NCBI GenBank assembly: GCA_965220135.1
Contig: OZ244802.1
Coordinates: forward strand, 1,295,794 to 1,359,793
Length of the DNA stretch: 64,000 nt
Direction of reading: 5' to 3'
Source of the DNA: Chloroflexota bacterium
Lineage (GTDB): Bacteria; Chloroflexota; UBA11872
Shown in pieces: positions 48,277 through 55,982 of the stretch. The notes beneath the pieces are model-generated. The model was not told the DNA's origin and did not search any database. It worked only from the letters and a program-made list of their open reading frames with translations. Every line of letters begins with the position of its first letter. Within the stretch, counting starts at the first letter, position 1. A program made the translations under genes and the position numbers.

Positions 48277-48620
48277 CCGTACGACGCTCTTGACGGTGGC
48301 TGCGAGGGGATTGGGCTCCTCGTGTCCGTGCGGCGTTGAAGGGCTGGTCGAGTTCGACGTCGACCATAAGGCGCCCGGCTCTGGATAGACGCCTTCGGGT
48401 CGCCGGTCGGATCTGCCGGCGTGTGCCGGATGCCTGGCTGACCTAGATGCCTGCAGTGACGCCGTCCTTGACGCAAGCCGGCTTTGAGTGATTGCGCCGC
48501 CCGAAGGGCCACCGCCTGTCAATCTGGCCGTGAAAGATCGTTTCTCCCTGAAGTCAAGGTCGGCGCGGTTGTGGCCGGCCGGGGGTCCTGAGTGACGCCC
48601 ACGGTCTGCAGCGCATCGTG

Positions 48621-49499
48621 TTATGGCGCGCTGAACACTCGGGACGGATCAGCCACGCAGTAATCTCCCCGGTCAGTTGCAATGGTGTGGCCGTAGGCGA
48701 GACGAGTGACCCCGCCCTTCTGGCGGAGGAATCCGTTGCCGTCCCCTTCGTAGAGCTCTCGCGCCATGCACCTCAAATCGTGGCCACCGAGCAGGCGGGC
48801 GACCGCGTTTCCGACCTCGCCGATCCGAACGAGGCCGGCATCTTCCATGCGCTGGCCCAGGCGGTTGAAGTCGCTGCCTGGGTGCCCGGGCTGTGGTGGG
48901 CAGCCGACGCTGACGAGTGTCGTGAGCGAACCATTGGCGCCACGCATTCTGCCTTCAATCCGAACCGGCTTTCGATACGGCACCTGTAATTCGATCTCGC
49001 AGACGTGTACCGCCGTGAGGTTCTGATAGGGCACGCCGAGCAGCAGATACCGGCCGTCGCGGTCGCGAATCTGCTGCATGGGACTGTCGGCGTCCCACGC
49101 TGACTCACCGCCAGAAGTCACGATAGTCTCCGCAAGCGGACCCATAGCGGCGATGCTGTGCTGGAGGTGTATGCTGCGCAGCGCCCGAGGATGCCGCCGG
49201 GCAGCTTCCGAAATCGCACCCATGAGCGACGGGGTACGTAGCGGATCGAACACAAAGCCCCGCTCTCGGGCTATTGGATAGGTAAATGTGGGGACCACCA
49301 GCGTTCCTGCCCGTCCGAGCGTTTCGAGCAACGCATCCACCACCGTCAACGCGCCGCCGAAAACGTGCCCCATGCTGCGCAGGGAACTATGGACCATCAG
49401 CAGTCCGCCCCGCGGCACGCCGAGGCGGCGGAAAGCGCTCACGAGCGACGCGCGATCAAGCGGCAGGGTGTGTCGCCGGAGCTCAGGCTCGGTCGCCAT
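48621..49499 (-). CDS. AAC(3)-family aminoglycoside N3-acetyltransferase-like protein
   Basis: LLMVHSSLRSMGHVFGGALTVVDALLETLGRAGTLVVPTFTY matches the Antibiotic_NAT family N-terminal block. 292 aa. Confidence 0.8.
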   Translation of the reverse strand: MATEPELRRHTLPLDRASLVSAFRRLGVPRGGLLMVHSSLRSMGHVFGGALTVVDALLETLGRAGTLVVPTFTYPIARERGFVFDPLRTPSLMGAISEAARRHPRALRSIHLQHSIAAMGPLAETIVTSGGESAWDADSPMQQIRDRDGRYLLLGVPYQNLTAVHVCEIELQVPYRKPVRIEGRMRGANGSLTTLVSVGCPPQPGHPGSDFNRLGQRMEDAGLVRIGEVGNAVARLLGGHDLRCMARELYEGDGNGFLRQKGGVTRLAYGHTIATDRGDYCVADPSRVFSAP

Positions 49500-49667
49500 C
49501 GAATCGCAGCCGGCGCAGGTCCACCACGGCGCCGGCTTCCTCGTACAGTAGCCACGCCAGATTAGCCGTCAGGTGTCGACGACTGTCGGCAAGGTCTGCA
49601 GCAAGCGAGACGCCACGGCTCGGGGCGACAGCATCGAGTGTCTTGTCGGGCACGGGGTGTGTGCCGG

Positions 49668-51143
49668 TCAGGCAGCAAGTGCTTGTGCGGCGCGTTTGAC
49701 AATGGGTCTTAGCGCGTCGCCGGTTTCGGATACCCAGTCGACGATGCGCCGGGCCAGGGCTGTTCGAGTGGCGGCGCTCGCAGGATCGTCGATGAGGTTG
49801 ATCATTTCGTGTGGATCGGCATGCAGGTCGTATAGCTCAGAGTCGTCAAGCAGGAAGAGGTTGAGCTTCCAGCGGTCAGTGCACACGGTCTTGATGAACT
49901 GCTGCTGGTCTTCGAAGTGGGAGTAGAACTCGGCGAAGATCGCATCGCGCGGACCCGGAGCATTCGACGTCCAGGCGTCGGCGAAGCTGCGGCCTTCGCC
50001 GGGGTCCACCACGACGTCGCATAGATCGCCGAGGGTGGACGTGAGGTCGATGGTGCTGAAGAGTGCATCGCTGACCTCGCCGCTATCGATCCGGCCCGGC
50101 CAGCGGACAATGAAGGGGATGCTCAGCGACTCCTCGTACATCGAGGGACCCTTCTCGATCATGCGGTGCGCGCCCAGACTTTCGCCGTGATCGGACAGCA
50201 CCATCACAATCGTGTCTTCGGCCAGTCCCTGAGCTTGCACATGGTCCAACATCCGGCCGACCTCGGTGTCCACGTGCGCGACCAGCCCGTGGTAGTGCGC
50301 GATCAGGCGGCGCCAGTCGGCGTCGGTCATGTTGCGGACCCATCGGTGCTGAACGGATTCGCGCAGCGTGCGCGGCTTGGTGGACAGGTCGACGGCGAGC
50401 GAGACCGGCAGATCGACGTCGTCCGGTGACACCAAGCTGGGGAAGTCGCCCGGCGAGATGATGGGCGGGTGCGGGTCCTTGATCGAGCAGCAGAAGACCC
50501 AGGGGCGATCATCGCGCGAGTCGAGAAACTCGATGGCCTGGTCGACCGCCCAGGTGGTGCGGGCGTGCTCGCCGGGGATAGTTGAAGCGCCGGACGGAAA
50601 GATCCCGCTCTCCAGCGAGCCGGACGCGCTGAAGCGGCGATGCTCGCGGTGGAAGGTCTCCGCCAGGCCGTGACGTTCCAGGTGCCGGACGTAGAAGTCA
50701 CGGCCATCCTTCCAGTAACGGTAGGTGCGCCAGAAGTCGGTCCAGCCGTGATGGGGGGTCTCGTCGTCGCCCATGTGCCAGGGGCCGGTGTAGCCCATGC
50801 GATAGCCGGCCGCCTTGAAGGCCTGCCCGAGCGAGGGCACGGATTCCGGCAGGGGCGTGCGATGCGCCAGCGGGCCGACCTCGGATTGCCAGTCCGCAGG
50901 AAACTCCGTTGAGTCGCCAACACGGTAGACGTGGTGCTGGTGCGGGTAGCGCCCCGTGAACATAGATGCCCTAGCGGGGGCGCATTGAGGCAGCGGCACG
51001 TAGGCGCGGGTGAGCCTGAGGCCATCGGCCGCGAGCCTGTCGAAGATGGGCGTGCGCGCGGCCCGACAGCCGTAGGAGCCCAGGGCGCCACGTTGGAGCT
51101 GGTCCATGAGCACGATAAGAACGTTGGGGCGCGGTGCCGCCAC
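49668..51143 (-). CDS. Cys-type sulfatase (arylsulfatase family)
   Basis: NVLIVLMDQL, then the sulfatase signature PQCAPARASMFTGRYP (C-x-P-x-R) and GPWHMGDD. 491 aa. Confidence 0.9.
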   Translation of the reverse strand: MAAPRPNVLIVLMDQLQRGALGSYGCRAARTPIFDRLAADGLRLTRAYVPLPQCAPARASMFTGRYPHQHHVYRVGDSTEFPADWQSEVGPLAHRTPLPESVPSLGQAFKAAGYRMGYTGPWHMGDDETPHHGWTDFWRTYRYWKDGRDFYVRHLERHGLAETFHREHRRFSASGSLESGIFPSGASTIPGEHARTTWAVDQAIEFLDSRDDRPWVFCCSIKDPHPPIISPGDFPSLVSPDDVDLPVSLAVDLSTKPRTLRESVQHRWVRNMTDADWRRLIAHYHGLVAHVDTEVGRMLDHVQAQGLAEDTIVMVLSDHGESLGAHRMIEKGPSMYEESLSIPFIVRWPGRIDSGEVSDALFSTIDLTSTLGDLCDVVVDPGEGRSFADAWTSNAPGPRDAIFAEFYSHFEDQQQFIKTVCTDRWKLNLFLLDDSELYDLHADPHEMINLIDDPASAATRTALARRIVDWVSETGDALRPIVKRAAQALAA

Positions 51144-51294
51144 GGTCCACTCCCGCGACCTGCAACTGCGGACGATTCAGCCTGCCAGACCCGAGAGCTT
51201 CGCGCGGGCAGCCAATGCGGGCAGGCCGCTAAAGGGTCCCGCAATCGTCGGCAATTCGCCGCATGGTCGGTGGCAAATCGCTAACCTTGAGTCT

Positions 51295-51495
51295 GTGACC
51301 ACTCCAGGCCTGTGGCTCGTCGTGGGTTCGCTGATCCTCGTCGAAGCCGCCATCATCATTACCGCGCTGCGGATGCGGGTGCAGCCGCTGGCGGCGCGCA
51401 GCGTCGTTGGCGGGCGGCCCGCGGAAGTGGTGTGGACGCTGCTTCCGGCGCTACTGCTCGTTGCGCTGGTCGTGATGTCAATCGACGCCAGCTAG
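51295..51495 (+). CDS. candidate COX2-TM-only protein (cytochrome c oxidase subunit II transmembrane hairpin without a CuA domain)
   Basis: GTG 51295 within track ORF 51106..51495. It has two TM helices, and the second carries AEVVWTLLPALLLVALV (the LE-x-x-WT-x-x-P signature of subunit II TM2). It stops 15 nt before ctaA. Confidence 0.5.
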   Translation: MTTPGLWLVVGSLILVEAAIIITALRMRVQPLAARSVVGGRPAEVVWTLLPALLLVALVVMSIDAS

Positions 51496-51509
51496 AACCG
51501 AAGCTTCCC

Positions 51510-52397
51510 TTGAACTCGACCCGTCCAACGCCATCCATTCACGTGCGCCGTGCCGGCCAGTGGGCTGCCGCCGCGGCGGTGCTGACGATTGGCTTGATTG
51601 CCTACGGGTCTTGGGTACGCGTTTCCGGGTCCGGCCTGGGCTGTCCCGACTGGCCGCTGTGCGAAGGCGTGATAGTTCCTGAATTGGAGGGCGCCACCGC
51701 CATTGAATTCGGCCACCGCGTCTATGCGGGGGTGACCATGCTCGCCGTGGTCGTAGCCGCGTGGTATGCGTGGCGCGGACGGGCCGCCGACCCTTTGACC
51801 GTCAGGCTCATTGGAATCGCGCTGGTCGTGATCCTGATCCAGGCGGTGCTGGGCGGCATCACGGTCCTCACCCATCTTGACGGCATGGTTCGACTCACTC
51901 ATCTCACGTTCTCGCTGCTGACGCTGGCTCTGCTGACCGGCGGCGCGCTGCGAGCCCTGGACATTCCGGGAGTCGAGCTCCCGGGAGTACGCCGAACGCG
52001 GGCCGTGTTGGTGGCGACCGCCTTTGTGGTCCTGCTTGGGGGCACCACCGTGGGAAGAAACGCGAGCGCCAGCTGCCCGACCCTGCCCTTCTGCGACGGC
52101 AACGTGGGCATGGAGGCCCTGAGCCTTCACATGCTGCACCGGATCGCCGCGTCGGCGCTTGCGCTGACCATCTACCTCACAGCCTGGCAGGTCTGGAAAC
52201 GCGGGGGGTCGCGGATGGCCATCCTGCTCAGCTATGGCGCTGCGCTGCTTGTTTCGGCACAGATCGGCATTGGCGTCGCGTCCAAGGCCATCGGCTTGTA
52301 TCCCGAGCTACGAGTCTTGCATCTGACGCTGGCGGCGTTGCTGTGGTGGGTCGTCGTCATGCACTTCAGCCTGGCGCTCAAGCAACGTAGCGGCTGA
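51510..52397 (+). CDS. ctaA: heme A synthase (COX15/CtaA)
   Basis: SWVRVSGSGLGCPDWPLC and a second Cys pair SCPTLPFC, conserved His in TM helices (EFGHRVYA, MLHRIAA), eight TM segments. The start is TTG 51510 or GTG 51543; the track start 51312 overlaps the preceding ORF. Confidence 0.85.
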   Translation: MNSTRPTPSIHVRRAGQWAAAAAVLTIGLIAYGSWVRVSGSGLGCPDWPLCEGVIVPELEGATAIEFGHRVYAGVTMLAVVVAAWYAWRGRAADPLTVRLIGIALVVILIQAVLGGITVLTHLDGMVRLTHLTFSLLTLALLTGGALRALDIPGVELPGVRRTRAVLVATAFVVLLGGTTVGRNASASCPTLPFCDGNVGMEALSLHMLHRIAASALALTIYLTAWQVWKRGGSRMAILLSYGAALLVSAQIGIGVASKAIGLYPELRVLHLTLAALLWWVVVMHFSLALKQRSG

Positions 52398-53269
52398 TGG
52401 CGGCGCTGGCCCGGTATCTATTTCCGCTGGCCAAGCCGCGCATCGTACTCCTGCTGGTCTTCGTCGCGGCAGCCGGAGCATGGAAGGCCGCCGGCGGTCA
52501 GCCGGATCCTGTGACGATGCTCGCCGTGATCGTGGCCGTGGCCGTGGCGGCCGCCGGATCGAACCTGATCAACCAGGGACTCGAAGCCGACATCGACGCG
52601 CTCATGCGCCGAACGCGCGGGCGCGCCGTGGCATCGCGCCAAGTGAACGCGCTCGCTGTCATCGCGGCCGGTCTGGTGCTTGTCGCGGCGGCGGTCACGG
52701 CACTGGCGGTCGCCACGAACCTCCTGGCCGCCCTCCTCACGCTGGCCGCGGCCGTGGTGTATGTGCTCGTATACACGGTGGTGTTGAAGCGCCGGTCCTG
52801 GAACAACATCGTGATCGGCGGCGCGGCCGGCGCCTTTCCGCCACTGATCGGGGCAGCCGCCGTATCCGGCAGCATCGACGCGATGGGCCTGTACATGTTC
52901 GCGTTCATCTTCTTTTGGACACCGCCGCACTTTTGGACGCTCTCGCTGTTCCTGCGAAAGGACTACGCCTCAGCCAAGGTTCCCATGCTTGGCGCGGTCG
53001 CCAGCCCCCGCGATACGGCAACCCAGATCAAGTTGTACATCCTCTTGCTCACGGCGCTGGCATGGCTTCCGCTGGCCGCCGGATACGGGGGGCTGACTTT
53101 CGCGTTGGCGGGAACGTTGCTGACCGCCTACTGGATGCGCGCCTCGTGGTCGCTACACGGCGGCGCGAGCCCCAGTCAGACGCTTGCGGCCTACAAGTTC
53201 TCGCTGCTGTACCTGGCGCTGACGTTTCTGATCCTGGCTATAGAGCCGATGCTTCCCTGGTATGCGTAG
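52397..53269 (+). CDS. ctaB: protoheme IX farnesyltransferase (heme O synthase)
   Basis: UbiA-family motifs NQGLEADIDALMRRTRGR and FFWTPPHFW. The ATG shares 1 nt with the ctaA TGA. Confidence 0.9.
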   Translation: MAALARYLFPLAKPRIVLLLVFVAAAGAWKAAGGQPDPVTMLAVIVAVAVAAAGSNLINQGLEADIDALMRRTRGRAVASRQVNALAVIAAGLVLVAAAVTALAVATNLLAALLTLAAAVVYVLVYTVVLKRRSWNNIVIGGAAGAFPPLIGAAAVSGSIDAMGLYMFAFIFFWTPPHFWTLSLFLRKDYASAKVPMLGAVASPRDTATQIKLYILLLTALAWLPLAAGYGGLTFALAGTLLTAYWMRASWSLHGGASPSQTLAAYKFSLLYLALTFLILAIEPMLPWYA

Positions 53270-53307
53270 GAGTCGAGTCGCTCAGGGCCCGGCGAAGTTC
53301 CAACGGT

Positions 53308-54438
53308 CTAGCGCGCAACCGGCAGGCGCCTGATGACTCCGACGACCGGAACGGCGCTGGCGACGACGGCGGCGGCCACGACGAAGGGGATCCCCATGGA
53401 GTCCTCATACAGCCCGGCCAGGCGCCCGCTGCCGGCCGACCCGATGGCGACGCCCAGCGAATACACGGCATAGAAGATTCCGAAGGCCATGCCACGGCGC
53501 CCGGGCCCCGAGGCTTCGGTAACCAACGCGGTCGCCGCGGGGAACACCAGCCCGTAGCCGAGGCCGAATACAGCCATCCCGGCCGCAATCGCACCATAGC
53601 TTTCGGAAACGCCAAGCACGGCCAGACCCGCGGCGACACCGACCAATCCAACGAGCAGCGGAACGAAGCGACCTAACCGGTCGCTGGCGCCACCAATTGG
53701 ACCGGCCATGACGAGTATGGCCACAAGAGCAAAGATGGCGAAGCTGTAGCCGGAGCGAGCGGCGGATTCTCCCTGGTTTTCCAGAACGAGCGGCAGGTGC
53801 GCCACGAGCACCCCGACACCAATGGTGATGGCGAAGAGGGTGATATTGGCCGAAAGCATGAGACGCCCGATAGGCGTCGCCTCGTCGCCCGCCGCGCTCT
53901 GCGCAACCTGCCGCGCAGCCTTGTACGGCAGCCCGCGCGTGACGGCCGCAAATGCAACCAAGGTGATCGAAAGCACTGCGGCGTCGAGGAAGAAGACCGA
54001 ATTCGCACCCCAGGCATCCCGAAGCAGGCCAGCGGCGGGCGGGCCGATCATGGCCGGAATGGCGATCATGGCGCCGGCGAGGCCCATGGCACGACCCCGC
54101 TGATCCGAGGCCACCCAATCGCCGATGATGGAGAACGCGCCGGGCGTCAGCGCGGCCGCCCCGATGCCGTGTATCGCGCGTGCCATCAAGAGTTGCTCCG
54201 GCGATCGCACGAATGCGTAGCTGACGACCGCGAGGGCGGTGACCGCCAGGCCGAGGATGATAGGGCCGCGACGACCCCATCGGTCCAGGACAAACCCGGC
54301 GCCCAGGTTGCCGAACAGGTTCGTGATGGAGTAGGCGGCCACGACGATTCCGACGAGCGCCGCCGACGCCCCGAGGTCTCGGGCGTGCGGCGCCATGGTC
54401 GGGAACTGCACGAAGAGATCAAAGAAGGCCGCGAACAC
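53308..54438 (-). CDS. MFS transporter
   Basis: About 11-12 hydrophobic segments and a loop 2-3 motif LDRWGRRGP. TM1 appears truncated at the first canonical start (see finding). Confidence 0.8.
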   Translation of the reverse strand: MFAAFFDLFVQFPTMAPHARDLGASAALVGIVVAAYSITNLFGNLGAGFVLDRWGRRGPIILGLAVTALAVVSYAFVRSPEQLLMARAIHGIGAAALTPGAFSIIGDWVASDQRGRAMGLAGAMIAIPAMIGPPAAGLLRDAWGANSVFFLDAAVLSITLVAFAAVTRGLPYKAARQVAQSAAGDEATPIGRLMLSANITLFAITIGVGVLVAHLPLVLENQGESAARSGYSFAIFALVAILVMAGPIGGASDRLGRFVPLLVGLVGVAAGLAVLGVSESYGAIAAGMAVFGLGYGLVFPAATALVTEASGPGRRGMAFGIFYAVYSLGVAIGSAGSGRLAGLYEDSMGIPFVVAAAVVASAVPVVGVIRRLPVAR

Positions 54439-54632
54439 GACAAGCCGCGCAGCCCAGATTGAGTGACGCGTTACGCCGTTCGAGGTAGTCGCTCCCGTGG
54501 CGGCGGAAAGTCCAGATGCTATGACAATAGACCTTCGGCCAGCATCTCCAGGCCGCCACCGTGCTGGCGAACGTCGCCGCTCAGCCCACGCTCAGTATCC
54601 TGAATCCAGCCCTTCCGATGAGGTCTGGTCCG

Positions 54633-55091
54633 ATGGCTGTGTCGGCCGCTTCGCATGCCCCGCCAGGCTACGAGTGCCCGTTCTGCGCCGTCGCGGGCGG
54701 GGCCGAGCCGGAGTTCACGGCCTGGCGCGAAGAGCGGGTGCTTGTGCGGATCTCCAAACACCGGGAGCCGGCAGGCCCTGGCCAGGCGCTGGTGATACCG
54801 ACGACTCACTACGAGAACATCTACGCACTGCCAGACGATGTGGCCGGCCACATCGCCCGCATGGTGCGTCGTGTCGCCACGGCGATGCGCCGCGGCTATC
54901 CCTGCGACGGCATAACCGTCCGCCAGAACAACGAACCCGCCGGCGGCCAGGACGTGTGGCATCTACACACGCACATCGTCCCGCGTCATGGTGGGAGGCC
55001 GCCACGACTTCACGGTTGGGAGCGGGCAGATGACGCCGAGCGCGCACGCTACGCCACGCTCTTACGGCGGAGCCTGGAAGCGGTCGTCTAG
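54633..55091 (+). CDS. HIT-family (histidine triad) hydrolase
   Basis: CPFC zinc-knuckle-like N-terminus and the histidine triad VWHLHTHIVPR. ATG 54633 is preceded by GAGG. Confidence 0.8.
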   Translation: MAVSAASHAPPGYECPFCAVAGGAEPEFTAWREERVLVRISKHREPAGPGQALVIPTTHYENIYALPDDVAGHIARMVRRVATAMRRGYPCDGITVRQNNEPAGGQDVWHLHTHIVPRHGGRPPRLHGWERADDAERARYATLLRRSLEAVV

Positions 55092-55145
55092 TCACTCAGC
55101 TCGACGCTAGCGGGGCGTCCGCTGACGTTGGGGTCGCTTTGCCAG

Positions 55146-55958
55146 CTAGAGGATCTGGTCCAGGAACATCTTGGTTCGGTCTTCCTGGGGGTCGTTGAAG
55201 ATCTGGTCGGGCGGGCCCAACTCCACAAGGGCGCCCTCGTCAAAGAACGCCATGCGGTCAGCGACCTCGCGGGCGAAGCCCATTTCGTGGGTCACGCAGA
55301 GCATGGTCATGCCGGTGGCGGCCAACTCGCGCATGGCGTCCAGCACTTCCTTGATCATCTCGGGGTCGAGGGCGGAGGTGGGCTCGTCAAAGAGCATGAT
55401 CTGCGGCTGCATGGCCAGCGCGCGGGCGATGGCGACGCGCTGCTGCTGGCCACCCGAGAGCTCGGCTGGATACTTCAGCGCCTGTTCGGGAATGCCAACC
55501 CGTTCCAGGAGTTGCATCGCCAATGCCTCGGCCTCGCCGCGGGGCATGTGCCGCACGCGCTGGGGCGCCAGCGTGATGTTGCCGAGCACGGTTATGTGAG
55601 GAAACAGGTTGAACTGCTGGAAGACCATGCCGACTTCACGGCGGATGGCGTCCAGGTTGCGCACGTCGTTGGTCATCTCGATGCCGTCGATGACGATGCT
55701 GCCCTGCTGGTGCTCCTCCAGGCGGTTGATCATGCGGATGAAGGTGGACTTGCCGGAGCCGGACGGGCCGAAGATCACGACCACTTCGCCGCGCTTGACG
55801 CGCATGCTGACGTCGCGGACGGCACAGAAGTCGCCGAACCACTTGTGGACGTTTTCGCAGACGACGATGTCATCGCGCTCTTCGAGCGGACGAGCCAGGA
55901 TTTCCGCCTTCTCCGCGGGGATATCGACGGCTGATTGGAATCCTTTGGTTTCCGCCAT
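55146..55958 (-). CDS. polar amino-acid ABC transporter ATP-binding protein (AapP/GlnQ-like)
   Basis: Walker [10 protein letters not shown], signature [15 protein letters not shown], Walker [22 protein letters not shown] lies upstream. Confidence 0.92.
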   Translation of the reverse strand: MAETKGFQSAVDIPAEKAEILARPLEERDDIVVCENVHKWFGDFCAVRDVSMRVKRGEVVVIFGPSGSGKSTFIRMINRLEEHQQGSIVIDGIEMTNDVRNLDAIRREVGMVFQQFNLFPHITVLGNITLAPQRVRHMPRGEAEALAMQLLERVGIPEQALKYPAELSGGQQQRVAIARALAMQPQIMLFDEPTSALDPEMIKEVLDAMRELAATGMTMLCVTHEMGFAREVADRMAFFDEGALVELGPPDQIFNDPQEDRTKMFLDQIL

Positions 55959-55982
55959 GGCTGCACTCCTCCGCGGCTCGGG

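Noticed and set aside
55092-55145. An intrinsic terminator between the convergent HIT and ABC ATPase genes.
   Set aside because: There is only a 5-bp stem (AGCGG-N5-CCGCT) with no U-tract, which is too weak to call.
55128-55934. 268-aa plus-strand ORF antisense to the ABC ATPase gene. The 347-aa ORF at 58757..59800, antisense to the binding-protein gene, is the same kind of case.
   Set aside because: Mirror-frame artefacts (for example [25 protein letters not shown] is the antisense image of the Walker B / signature region). The sense genes have unambiguous motifs and strong SDs.
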